DNA of 32,000 nucleotides, from the NCBI RefSeq assembly GCF_000010625.1, contig NC_010296.1, positions 1,950,001 to 1,982,000 on the forward strand. Direction: 5' to 3'. This stretch comes from Microcystis aeruginosa NIES-843. Lineage in GTDB: Bacteria; Cyanobacteriota; Cyanobacteriia; Cyanobacteriales; Microcystaceae. Shown one piece after another: positions 23,946 through 32,000 of this stretch (its first letter is position 1; each line of letters begins with the position of its first letter). The position numbers were made by a program, and so were the translations under genes. Under the pieces are notes generated by a model. That model was not told where the DNA came from. It did not search any database and saw only the letters and a program-made list of their open reading frames with translations.

Positions 23946-25532
23946 CTATCCATTAGTCGGATCTTTCTTAACAAAAAGAGAAGAAACTTAAAAAAAGGGG
24001 AAACGATTGATAGGTATAGTTTTGAAAGAAGGAATTAAGGTGGAGGTAAGCAAAAAAATGGAGAAATGGGCAGCCCAAGAATTACAGTATGCAGACCTAG
24101 GGGACACCAGAAGAAAGAAAAGGTTAATCAGTATCGTAGAAAACTTGGCCAGCCAACCTAGTACAAGTGTGCCACAAGCCTCGGGAAATCTAGCCGCAGC
24201 GAGTGCCACCTACGACTTTTGGAATTCCCCCTATTTTCACCCGTCAGATATAATTGCCGCCCAAGCTAAAAGTACAGTAGAAAGAATCAAAGAACATCCA
24301 ATAGTTTTGGCAGTGCAAGACACAACAAGTTTAGACTTTACGACCCAAAAAGCCAAAAAAGGAATGGGTTATCTAGATTATAAAAAATCCTTTGGTCTCA
24401 AAGTTCATACCACATTAGGAGTGTCAGCGCAAGGAATACCTTTAGGACTGATTAATCAATATGTCTGGGCAAGAGAAGAAAAGAATTTAGGGATTGCCAA
24501 GCAAAGAAAAAAAAGAGAAACCGAAGAAAAAGAAAGTCAAAGATGGTTAGATTCTTTATCAGAAACACAACAACAAATACCCGAAGATATTCAAGTAGTA
24601 ACAATCGGAGATTGTGAGGCAGACATATTTGATTTATTTGCCCAATCAAGAAGTCCTAACTCTCATTTATTAATCCGAGGAACTCATAACCGAAAAGTTA
24701 ACTATCTCGAAGACAAGCAAAGGTCAGGGCATCCAGAGCCTAAATATTTACATCAATCCATCAGAGAAGTTAAAGCCTGTGGTAGCCTAGATGTGCAAGT
24801 AAAACGCAATCCTAATCACGAGGCTAGACTAGCTAAACTAACAGTTAGATTTGCCAGTTTTGAAATACAAGTACCTAAGCATCACTCGAAAGCGAACCCT
24901 CGTCAACCGGTCAAATTACAGGTAATTTTAGCTGAAGAAGAAAAGCCGCGTCCCGGAGTTAATCCTATCAGTTGGCTCCTCTTAACTAGCCTAGACATTA
25001 GTAGCTTTGAATCGGCGATAACCTGTGTGCGCTGGTATAGTTATCGCTGGTTAATAGAACGCTATCATTTTGTTTTAAAAAGTGGTTGTGGATTAGAAAA
25101 ACTGCAATTAGAAACGGGTCGTAGAATTGAGATGGCCTTAGCTACCTATTCAATTGTAGCTTGGAGATTACTTTGGTTAACCTATCAAGCACGCTTACAC
25201 GGAGAGGAGAGTTGTGAAAGTTTTTTGGAAGAACATGAATGGCAATCTTTGTGTGCCACTATTCATAAAAAGAGTCCGCCACCTGAAAAGCCGCCCTCCT
25301 TTCGAGAAGCGGTCAGAATGATTGCTTCTCTTGGGGGGTTTTTAGGTAGAAAAGGTGACGGTGAACCAGGTGTTAAAACTATTTGGTTGGGACTGCGAAG
25401 GTTACATGATATCAGCCAGACTTGGAAACTATCTCATCAAATTAGTCCCCCCATAGAACCCCCTTGAGCCATCTTGCACACTTTTCTCTTTTTGTCAAAT
25501 TTTATGTTAAGAAAGATGTGACTAATGGATAG
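23946..25532 (+). mobile_element. IS4-family (Tn5/IS50-like) insertion sequence, 1587 bp, with a 9-bp target-site duplication
   Basis: 28-bp TIRs CTATCCATTAGTC(GG/AC)ATCTTTCTTAACA at both ends. CTTGATAAG directly flanks both ends (23937-23945 and 25533-25541). Confidence 0.9.
24058..25467 (+). CDS. IS4-family DDE transposase
   Basis: ATG 24058 after AAGGTGGAGG. N-terminus MEKWAAQELQYADLGDTRRKKRL (Tn5-like DNA-binding N-domain). Exact Y-2-R-3-E-6-K signature YSYRWLIERYHFVLK. Confidence 0.9.
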   Translation: MEKWAAQELQYADLGDTRRKKRLISIVENLASQPSTSVPQASGNLAAASATYDFWNSPYFHPSDIIAAQAKSTVERIKEHPIVLAVQDTTSLDFTTQKAKKGMGYLDYKKSFGLKVHTTLGVSAQGIPLGLINQYVWAREEKNLGIAKQRKKRETEEKESQRWLDSLSETQQQIPEDIQVVTIGDCEADIFDLFAQSRSPNSHLLIRGTHNRKVNYLEDKQRSGHPEPKYLHQSIREVKACGSLDVQVKRNPNHEARLAKLTVRFASFEIQVPKHHSKANPRQPVKLQVILAEEEKPRPGVNPISWLLLTSLDISSFESAITCVRWYSYRWLIERYHFVLKSGCGLEKLQLETGRRIEMALATYSIVAWRLLWLTYQARLHGEESCESFLEEHEWQSLCATIHKKSPPPEKPPSFREAVRMIASLGGFLGRKGDGEPGVKTIWLGLRRLHDISQTWKLSHQISPPIEPP

Positions 25533-25613
25533 CTTGATAAGGGGGGTGCCGATCCCCCCTTAGTCCCCCCTTGATAAGGGGGGGGCTGACAACTTTTAAC
25601 ACCTACCCACTTA
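25533..25613 (+). repeat. C6/G6 hairpin repeat element (right part of the copy split by the IS4 element)
   Basis: CTTGATAAGGGGGG TGCC GATCCCCCC TTAGTCCCCCC TTGATAAGGGGGGG ... CTGACAACTTTTAACACCTACCCACTTAA. The left part is at 23921-23945 and a second copy is at 29031-29120. Confidence 0.7.
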
Positions 25614-25637
25614 ATTTTCTGAGGAGTTAGTCAGATT

Positions 25638-25970
25638 ATGAATACTCAAAAAATGTTAATCAAATCGTCTTTATTCCTAGCTACTATTTTATTGGTCGGG
25701 GCTGATTTTAATCCGCAAGTGTTAGCTCAAAGCTTGAACCCCAGTCAGCCAGATTATCAAAAAAATGAACGTAGTTCCGATGGCAGGGATAGTCTCGGTG
25801 GTTTTAATCCTCTAGACTTGATTCATAATAGTAATTTTCGTCGTAGCCGGGACGGATCGGAATTTCAGGAAGATACTCGCAATAATATCAACGAAGCGGC
25901 CGAGGAGTTTAAACGCAAGCAAAGAGAACAACTAGAAAATCTCCAAAATCCTGCCCCAGAAACCAAATAA
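25638..25970 (+). CDS. hypothetical secreted protein
   Basis: GAGGAG Shine-Dalgarno 10 nt upstream. Signal peptide MNTQKMLIKSSLFLATILLVGA...AQS. The mature part is low-complexity and charged. Confidence 0.5.
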   Translation: MNTQKMLIKSSLFLATILLVGADFNPQVLAQSLNPSQPDYQKNERSSDGRDSLGGFNPLDLIHNSNFRRSRDGSEFQEDTRNNINEAAEEFKRKQREQLENLQNPAPETK

Positions 25971-26060
25971 AAACCTTTTTTTTGAGTAGCTAGACACAAT
26001 TAATTACACATATCTAACTACCTCTTACCCCCCCAATCCCCCCGACATCGGGGGGGCTTA

Positions 26061-26094
26061 CCTATTGCCTATTGCCTATTGCCTATTGCCTATC
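26061..26094. repeat. heptanucleotide repeat (CCTATTG)n
   Basis: cctattgcctattgcctattgcctattgcctatc read directly. Confidence 0.9.
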
Positions 26095-26159
26095 CTAACC
26101 AAGAGGTTGATTTTGTTCCATGTCCTAGTATATATGATCGCTGAGTGCAGAGGAGCTTA

Positions 26160-26597
26160 GAAAGACCAATGATCTTCGGTCATTGGGGGGTTTATCGAAA
26201 ATTTGGGTTGAAAACCCCGTCCTTTTAGGGCGGCTTTGTGTTAAAATCTTACTGGTCTAAAAAACCCGCCCTATCATAGATACGACCGAATAAACATACT
26301 AGGTTGAAATTCCTGCAAAGGGTTGACGATGAGTAAGGGGAAGCTGACGGCCGCTGGGAACTCCATGCTAGAGGCAAAACGTACCGCGGGTCGGTATGTA
26401 CAAACCCAAAAAAGTATTGGTCGCCGGAGGACATTCGGAGACTTTAAACGGACGTGGAGGAAGGCATAAGACTACCGCTAAGGTAGCGGCATCCTGTGAA
26501 GCGTCAACCCCATTCAGCGACCATCTTAAAAAGGTGGCGTGGTGAGGAATCACCGCTCGTTTACGGCGGTGAGGATGTCAAATTAAACTTAGGATTG
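26160..26597 (+). mobile_element. candidate decayed IS200/IS605-family (tnpB) 3' tail(s) or non-autonomous derivative
   Basis: ORF-free and hairpin-dense. cUUCGg hairpin at 26166-26186. Hairpins CCGTCC-TTTTA-GGGCGG (about 26215-26233) and CACCGC-TCGTTTAC-GGCGGTG (26551-26571). Broken frames read ...DRINILG*, GEADGRWELHARGK, VKRQP, EESPLVYGGEDVK, which resemble TnpB C-terminal tails. The terminal GTCA-AAT-TAAACTTAGG is shared with 14477-14490. Confidence 0.35.
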
Positions 26598-26635
26598 GTT
26601 TGTTGAATTATCGTCTTATTAAAACTGTGGAAGTA

Positions 26636-26827
26636 ATGGAAATCGGGCAAAAAGTCAAGGTCTGTCGCTTAAGAGACCGCGTTAACTCGGATGTAGCGGG
26701 TAAATTGGGTAAAGTGGGTGTCATCAAAAATTTTAAGATGACCGATGGCAGCGGTATTGGTGCTGTTGTCCAGTTCGATGATAAGACCGCTACTTGGTTT
26801 TTTGAGGATGAACTCAAACTCATCTAA
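26636..26827 (+). CDS. petP: PetP-like (Ssr2998/DUF2862-type) small SH3-fold protein
   Basis: 63 aa from ATG 26636: MEIGQKVKVCRLRDRVNSDVAGKLGKVGVIKNFKMTDGSGIGAVVQFDDKTATWFFEDELKLI. The assignment rests on my recollection of the cytochrome b6f-associated PetP family sequence pattern and is not verified. Confidence 0.55.
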   Translation: MEIGQKVKVCRLRDRVNSDVAGKLGKVGVIKNFKMTDGSGIGAVVQFDDKTATWFFEDELKLI

Positions 26828-26849
26828 ATACAACGCTTAGGAATTAACC

Positions 26850-27926
26850 ATGTCCTTAATTTTGACCTTTTTGGGCAAGGGGGGCAGCGGTCGCAGTACG
26901 ATAGCGATCGCTTCGGCGAAGAAAATGGCTGGTCTGGGGTCAAAAGTTCTCTTGATCGGTCAAGATTCCGGCCCTGCTTGGGGATTACTCCTCAAGGCCT
27001 CCCCTAGCTCCTCCATTACGGAAATTGCCCCCAATCTCTCGGTTGTGCAGCTTAGTAGTACACAGTTACTAGAAAAAAGTTGGGAAGAAGTCAAGGAATT
27101 AGAAAAGCAGTATTTGCGTTCTCCCACCTTGAAAAATGTTTATGGTCAAGAGTTGGGCATTTTACCCGGAATGGATCAAGCTCTAGCTTTAAATTTCCTG
27201 CGGGAACAGGATAAAAGCGGAAATTACGATGTCATCATCTACGACGGCAGCGGAGATATCAACAGTCTGAGAATGTTGGGGATTCCAGAGGTAGGTGGCT
27301 GGTATTTACGGCGTTTTCGGCAGGTTTTCAGTGATTCCGAGATTGGTCGCACCCTTTCTCCCTTTTTCCAACCGATTGCCGCTGCCGTGCTGAATTTCTC
27401 CTTTAATCCCGATGGTTTGGGGAAGAAGGCCGATAATAACATTTTAGACGAGGGACGTTCCGCTTTAGCCGATCCTCGGCGAGTTTTAGCCTATCTAGTC
27501 ACCAATGATGATCCAATTGCGATCGCAGAGTCCAAATATCTTTGGGGTGGGGCGCAGCAAATCGGTTTAAATGTGGGGGGAGTGATTTTTAATCGCTGTC
27601 AGAGTGCCACGGAGGATTTTGCCCCGCTGCCGGCTGCGATTTTACCCGACCGTCAAGGAGAAGATTGGCAGGAGTTAATCGCCGAGTTACCCAATTTTCT
27701 CACGGTGCAGCCGCCCAAACCGTTAATAATCGATCCGGCAGCCGGTCAGGTCAAGGTTTATTTACCCGGATTCGAGAAAAAACAGGTAAAACTGACGCAA
27801 TCGGGTCCAGAATTAACCATCGAAGCGGGAGATCAACGGCGTAATATTGATGTACCACCGCCTCTAACCGGAGGAGCGGTAAAAGGGGCAAAATTCCAAG
27901 ACGGTTACTTAATTATTTCTTTTTAA
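26850..27926 (+). CDS. ArsA/Get3-family ATPase with a C-terminal HSP20/alpha-crystallin-like domain
   Basis: 358 aa. Deviant Walker A FLGKGGSGRST. C-terminal beta-rich KVYLPGFEKKQVKLTQSGPELTIEAGDQRRNIDVP...AKFQDGYLIISF. Confidence 0.8.
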   Translation: MSLILTFLGKGGSGRSTIAIASAKKMAGLGSKVLLIGQDSGPAWGLLLKASPSSSITEIAPNLSVVQLSSTQLLEKSWEEVKELEKQYLRSPTLKNVYGQELGILPGMDQALALNFLREQDKSGNYDVIIYDGSGDINSLRMLGIPEVGGWYLRRFRQVFSDSEIGRTLSPFFQPIAAAVLNFSFNPDGLGKKADNNILDEGRSALADPRRVLAYLVTNDDPIAIAESKYLWGGAQQIGLNVGGVIFNRCQSATEDFAPLPAAILPDRQGEDWQELIAELPNFLTVQPPKPLIIDPAAGQVKVYLPGFEKKQVKLTQSGPELTIEAGDQRRNIDVPPPLTGGAVKGAKFQDGYLIISF

Positions 27927-27932
27927 GGGATT

Positions 27933-28913
27933 ATGTCGAACACCGAGATAGAAAACAAGGACGATCGAGCGGCCAAAACTCGCCAATTATTGGGCATGAA
28001 AGGGGCCTCATCGGCAGAAACCTCCCTCTGGAAAATCCGCTTACAATTGATGAAGCCGATCACTTGGATTCCCCTGATTTGGGGGGTTGTCTGTGGGGCT
28101 GCTTCATCGGGGAATTATACTTGGTCTTTAGAAGATGTCTTAAAAGCGGCCACCTGTATGTTACTTTCCGGTCCATTGATGACCGGTTATACCCAAACTT
28201 TAAATGATTTTTACGATCGAGAAATCGATGCAATTAATGAACCCTATCGCCCGATTCCTTCGGGGGCAATTTCTATTCCGCAAGTAGTCGGCCAGATTTT
28301 GGTTTTATTAGCGGGTGGGTTAGGAATAGCCTATCTTCTCGATCGCTGGGCCGGTCATGATTTCCCGATCATGCTCTGTTTAACCCTATTTGGTTCTTTT
28401 ATCGCCTATATTTATTCAGCGCCACCTTTAAAATTAAAACAAAATGGTTGGCTGGGAAATTATGCCCTCGGTGCTAGTTATATAGCATTACCTTGGTGGG
28501 CTGGTCACGCCCTTTTTGGTCAGTTAAATTGGACAATTATGATCCTAACCCTCATCTATAGTCTGGCGGGTTTAGGCATTGCTGTAGTTAACGACTTTAA
28601 AAGTGTGGAAGGTGACGAAAAATTAGGCTTAAAATCATTGCCAGTTATGTTTGGAATTACCACCTCGGCTTGGATTTGCGTGATTATGATCGATGTTTTT
28701 CAAGCAGGAATTGCGGGTTATCTGATTAGTATTCATCAGAATCTTTATGCCGCTATTTTACTGTTATTAATTATCCCTCAGATCACTTTCCAAGATATGT
28801 ATTTTCTGCGGGATCCGCTCAAAAATGATGTCAAATATCAAGCCAGCGCCCAGCCTTTTCTAGTGTTAGGAATGTTGGTGACAGGTTTGGCTTTAGGTCA
28901 GGGGATACTCTGA
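27933..28913 (+). CDS. chlG: chlorophyll synthase (chlorophyll a synthase, UbiA prenyltransferase family)
   Basis: 326 aa. NDFYDREIDAINEPYRPIPSG prenyltransferase motif plus a second DFKSVEGD motif. Length and N-terminus are typical of cyanobacterial ChlG. Starts 6 nt after the preceding gene. Confidence 0.93.
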   Translation: MSNTEIENKDDRAAKTRQLLGMKGASSAETSLWKIRLQLMKPITWIPLIWGVVCGAASSGNYTWSLEDVLKAATCMLLSGPLMTGYTQTLNDFYDREIDAINEPYRPIPSGAISIPQVVGQILVLLAGGLGIAYLLDRWAGHDFPIMLCLTLFGSFIAYIYSAPPLKLKQNGWLGNYALGASYIALPWWAGHALFGQLNWTIMILTLIYSLAGLGIAVVNDFKSVEGDEKLGLKSLPVMFGITTSAWICVIMIDVFQAGIAGYLISIHQNLYAAILLLLIIPQITFQDMYFLRDPLKNDVKYQASAQPFLVLGMLVTGLALGQGIL

Positions 28914-29030
28914 AGATTGTAGTTAGTAAAAACAGGAAATATTCAGTTTACGGGACATTATCGCCTTGAATCGGGCTTCTGTTTACGGTAACTTGAGCGG
29001 TCAAGGGGGGTGAAAATGGATTTTCGGTTC

Positions 29031-29120
29031 GATCCCCCCTTAATCCCCCCTTGATAAGGGGGGTGCCGATCCCGCCTTGATAAGGAGGGTATCTGACAAT
29101 TTTTAATACCTACCTACTTA
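29031..29120 (+). repeat. C6/G6 hairpin repeat element, intact copy
   Basis: GATCCCCCC TTAATCCCCCC TTGATAAGGGGGG TGCC GATCCCGCC TTGATAAGGAGGG TATCTGACAATTTTTAATACCTACCTACTTA. Colinear with the reconstructed copy at 23921-23945 plus 25533-25613. Confidence 0.7.
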
Positions 29121-29281
29121 GCTCGATCACCAGTCTTTTCGTTACAATCAAGAGGGAATCGATGCTGGGGGAAAAATTACTTTTTTTTCTTCCCTGCGAT
29201 TCGGCATTCTTGACGAACTAATCAAGAATAGTTTCTGTTTAACAAGATTGATTGAGACAAGTATCTCGAATCCTAGTAACC

Positions 29282-30010
29282 ATGAGTAATACCAGTAACT
29301 TTCGTCAAGCTTTACGCGAGGCTAAAAGCCAAGCTCTTATCGGCCCCAATGTTATCCCCAAGGCCCTGCCCTATCTCGGTGGCGGTCTAATTTTGACTGC
29401 GGTGGGAACCTATGGCGGTTTAGGTGTGATCCAATCCTATCCCCAGATTTTCTTCCCGACTTTCTTTGTCGCCCTGGTTGCCGAGATTATTTTATTTTTT
29501 GTCGCCCGTAATACTGCCGAAAGAGGCAATACAGGCACTGCTCTGCCCCTACTGACTCTCTATAGCCTTCTTTCTGGCTATACTCTCAGTGGAATCGTCT
29601 ATGTGGCCTTAGGTACTTCCGGTGTCGGTTTGCGAGGAGTAGCAATTGCTGCCCTCGGTTGCGGCATTGCTTTTGTGTTGGGACGGAATATCGGCTCGAA
29701 TCTGTCGGAAAAAGATGGTTTAGCCCTGACTCAAACCGTTAGCATCGGTATTCTCGCTCTATTTATTGTTATCATTGGTCAGCTAATTTTCTCTATCTTT
29801 GGTGGTGCTACTCCCACCTGGTTAGAAATCGCCATTTCTGGCATCGGGGTTTTCTTGTTTGCCGGCTCGGCAGTGGTGGACTTTTACATCTTGCCCCGTA
29901 CCTACAGAGATGAGCAGTATCTCAGCGCTGCTTTATCGATGTATTTGACCTATATCAACCTATTTATCTTTATTCTGCGCCTTTTAATCGCTCTTAACGG
30001 TCGAGATTAG
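29282..30010 (+). CDS. Bax inhibitor-1/YccA family membrane protein
   Basis: About 242 aa from ATG 29282; the track's TTG 29252 is less likely. Seven hydrophobic spans. C-terminal ...[21 protein letters not shown] is typical of BI-1/YccA. Confidence 0.75.
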   Translation: MSNTSNFRQALREAKSQALIGPNVIPKALPYLGGGLILTAVGTYGGLGVIQSYPQIFFPTFFVALVAEIILFFVARNTAERGNTGTALPLLTLYSLLSGYTLSGIVYVALGTSGVGLRGVAIAALGCGIAFVLGRNIGSNLSEKDGLALTQTVSIGILALFIVIIGQLIFSIFGGATPTWLEIAISGIGVFLFAGSAVVDFYILPRTYRDEQYLSAALSMYLTYINLFIFILRLLIALNGRD

Positions 30011-30098
30011 GGCAAATAGGGAGGAGTTAGAAATTAGTTACACCCTAAGTTCTAACTCCGCTAGAATGGTAAAGAAATGTAAACAGCCTGTAAAGATT

Positions 30099-30269
30099 AT
30101 GACTGAACCACAACCGACTCAAACCCCCAAATTAGAAGATCCCAAATTTGGCTTTAATGACTATGCCGAGCGCCTCAACGGTAGGGCTGCTATGATTGGT
30201 TTTGTGATCACCCTGTTGATCGAGTATCTAACTGGCCAAGGTCTGTTATCTTGGTTAGGGTTACAGTAG
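30099..30269 (+). CDS. high-light-inducible protein (HLIP/Scp, CAB/ELIP/HLIP superfamily)
   Basis: Chlorophyll-binding helix motif [37 protein letters not shown] 30099 gives a typical 56-aa HLIP; ATG 30066 is an alternative start. Confidence 0.85.
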   Translation: MTEPQPTQTPKLEDPKFGFNDYAERLNGRAAMIGFVITLLIEYLTGQGLLSWLGLQ

Positions 30270-30320
30270 TTTTTTAAGCTTTTTTAGGCATTCTAGGGGA
30301 AATACAGCCTTGAGTGTTAG

Positions 30321-30941
30321 TTAACGCATACAAGCTTCATGATTTTCCCCGTAGAATCCTTGCAAGACCGAATCACCTCGCTGTTGCGGTGTCCCGTGGG
30401 AGCGATTAGGAGCTTCAAAATCGCCCACTTCCGAAGCGGCTTCCGCTAGAAGTTTTCCCGCTATTATATAATCCTGTTTGGATAAACCTCTAGCTTCGGT
30501 AAATAACCAAGAAAGGGTATCTCCCGCTAGACAATCGGCCTGTAATTCAATGCCGATGCTCATCCCACCTTCATCGATGCCACCAATACCCCGATTCCAC
30601 TGAACAGCGTGAGCGGCCTCGTGAGCGACGGCATAAAGGGGAAATAAAGGATTATCGCTAATACCAGTAACTTGCTTGAGATTGACATAGACTGTATTAT
30701 CTACAGTGCAGAAAGCCGCTAGGGAAATTACACCGCAGGGAGTGGTTATCGGGCCATCGCTTAACAAATACTTAAAATTGATCTGGTGTAATTGAGCCGT
30801 ATATTCAATTACCGCTTCTAGGGCATCCGTAATATCGTCTGCTTGCGCTCTCTGGGCTAGAGGGGATAAAATCAAGAGGGAACTACAAGAAACGGCAGAT
30901 ATCAGGGATAATAACCGTTTACGGCCAGAGTTAGGTTTCAT
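30321..30941 (-). CDS. putative secreted zinc metallopeptidase (HExxH)
   Basis: 206 aa. Signal peptide ...SPLAQRAQA. HEAAHAVQ (HExxH) motif with surrounding YAVA. The family assignment is tentative. Confidence 0.55.
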   Translation of the reverse strand: MKPNSGRKRLLSLISAVSCSSLLILSPLAQRAQADDITDALEAVIEYTAQLHQINFKYLLSDGPITTPCGVISLAAFCTVDNTVYVNLKQVTGISDNPLFPLYAVAHEAAHAVQWNRGIGGIDEGGMSIGIELQADCLAGDTLSWLFTEARGLSKQDYIIAGKLLAEAASEVGDFEAPNRSHGTPQQRGDSVLQGFYGENHEACMR

Positions 30942-31111
30942 GGTACTAACAAAGTCGGGAGTGAGGAAGAATTTTAATTGATCTGAATTAGCCTACCGCT
31001 ACGATCACAATTTTAAAAGCTATATCTAAGACTTCCAGAGAAAATACAGAATTTACGCGGCTTTTGATCGAAGTTTACAGAATTCCTCGTCAAGGTTTAG
31101 GAAATTAATTG

Positions 31112-31324
31112 GGGTTTGCTGAATAAATCTAAAAACCTTGTTGGATAAGACTTTTAGACTTGTTTTCCCTCAAAAAGTGCCAGCCATTGCGGGGATCGGG
31201 GGAAAATTCAGGTACTTTTTCCCTGAAAATTAGGTAGTTGACCACCTCAAAACTGGTAAAACCCCACACCCCACACCCCACACCCCACACCCTGCCACCA
31301 CCGAAAAGCTTTTTCAGCAAACCC
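31112..31324 (+). mobile_element. MITE copy 3
   Basis: GGGTTTGCTGAA...TTCAGCAAACCC with perfect 12-bp TIRs. Flanking direct repeat TAATTG (31106-31111 and 31325-31330). Confidence 0.85.
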
Positions 31325-31395
31325 TAATTGGGCACGACCACTTATTGTGTTGAAAATATGTCCGTCAGTCAGGCAAAAAGCTCCCCACACTTGTA

Positions 31396-32000
31396 CTACA
31401 AGTCTATCCCCATTTCTCGCAAACGAGCCGCCAGCTGTTGAGAACGCTGTCTTTCCGCCTCCAGAGCTTGCTGAGTAGCATTTAATTGCTCCTGGGCCGC
31501 AGCCGCTTGCTCCTGGTCCGCTTCTTCTGGCAAGGGGATTAAATTGCCTTCCGAGTCATAAAATCTCGCCCAAATTGCCGTTTCTCGGTCAATAGTCCCC
31601 TCCCAAGTTCCCAACCAATAGCCTAAGGTTTCGCACCATAACCAGCCGCGCTCGTTTCGTTCTAAAGAATGGTAGCGTTGGTCTGCTCCTAAATGCCATC
31701 CTTGTAAAGAATTGGCATCAAAAGGATCGTAGATGAAATAATCTGGCGTGCGGAAGGTTCGCTCATAAATGGCTTTTTTTCGCACTTTATCGGTTCTCGC
31801 GGTACTAGGAGAGGTTAATTCCACGATAACGTCAGGATAACGTCCCTCTTCTTCCCAAATTACCCAACCCTGTCGCTCTCTGCTGCCATCGACATTGAGG
31901 ACAGCGAAGAAATCAGGCCCGCGAAAATCGCGATTTTTCGCCTGTTCGCGGCTGAAATAAATAAACATATTGCCACCCGTGTAGAAGTCGTCTCGCTCAC
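31396..32000 (-). CDS. Uma2 (DUF820) family endonuclease; 5' end beyond the window
   Basis: The frame stays open upstream of the listed Met (…ERDDFYTGGNMFIYF…), so the gene continues past base 32000. PDVIVELTSPST core. Tail ...QQLAARLREMGIDL. Confidence 0.8.
   Translation of the reverse strand, partial: ERDDFYTGGNMFIYFSREQAKNRDFRGPDFFAVLNVDGSRERQGWVIWEEEGRYPDVIVELTSPSTARTDKVRKKAIYERTFRTPDYFIYDPFDANSLQGWHLGADQRYHSLERNERGWLWCETLGYWLGTWEGTIDRETAIWARFYDSEGNLIPLPEEADQEQAAAAQEQLNATQQALEAERQRSQQLAARLREMGIDL

Noticed and set aside
24007-24057. TTG start at 24007 for the IS4 transposase (and TTG/ATG upstream starts at 8007, 11261, 20759, 29252 and 30066)
   Set aside because: Downstream ATG codons have better Shine-Dalgarno spacing and give N-termini that match family expectations (signal peptides, MEKWAAQE..., MKSQEICP...). 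The upstream extensions look non-coding.
26100-26597. Known structured RNAs (RNase P RNA, tmRNA, SRP RNA, cobalamin or glutamine riboswitch)
   Set aside because: I could not find the diagnostic strings on either strand. These are GAGGAAAGTCCGGGC for RNase P, the GGGGC... 5' end with the ...TCCACCA 3' end for tmRNA, GGTCAGGTCCGGAAGGAAGCAGCC for SRP RNA, and GCCACTG with the B12 box for the cobalamin riboswitch.
29020-29045. GGTTCGATCCCCCC, reminiscent of a tRNA T-arm
   Set aside because: No acceptor stem, anticodon arm or CCA context can be drawn. The motif belongs to the C6/G6 hairpin repeat element that also occurs at 25541-25560.

Overview
This window looks like a cyanobacterial chromosome segment, probably from Microcystis or a close relative. 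The evidence is recurrent HIP1 octamers (GCGATCGC), many heptanucleotide tandem repeats (CAGTTAT / CTGATTA / CCTATTG / CCCCACA), and cyanobacterial genes: chlG, an HLIP, a PetP-like protein, xisH/xisI, Uma2/DUF820 paralogs and PEP-CTERM proteins. Housekeeping genes are murG, a fructosamine kinase, an M16 peptidase, a type-2 NADH dehydrogenase, upp, an ABC-2 permease, an ArsA/Get3-like ATPase, chlG and a BI-1/YccA protein. They are interleaved with a large amount of mobile and repetitive DNA. There are three IS elements: a 2.2-kb IS with perfect 18-bp TIRs, a decayed IS1-like element, and an IS4/Tn5-like element with a 9-bp TSD. There is also a ~212-bp MITE family (three full copies, one nested inside the IS1 remnant), a C6/G6 hairpin repeat family, and probable decayed IS200/IS605 (tnpB) 3' tails. 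The best candidate for an uncharacterised system is at 9684-12882. It is a co-directional cluster of an atypical sigma-70-like protein, a DUF1822 protein and two lectin-like PEP-CTERM surface proteins, bounded by an IS on one side and by xisHI plus a transposase fragment on the other. A second recurring theme is five Uma2 endonuclease-family genes, two of them paired convergently with PEP-CTERM genes that share a ~80-bp upstream block. I saw no rRNA, tRNA or CRISPR array. All family assignments come from motif recognition by eye, not from database searches.
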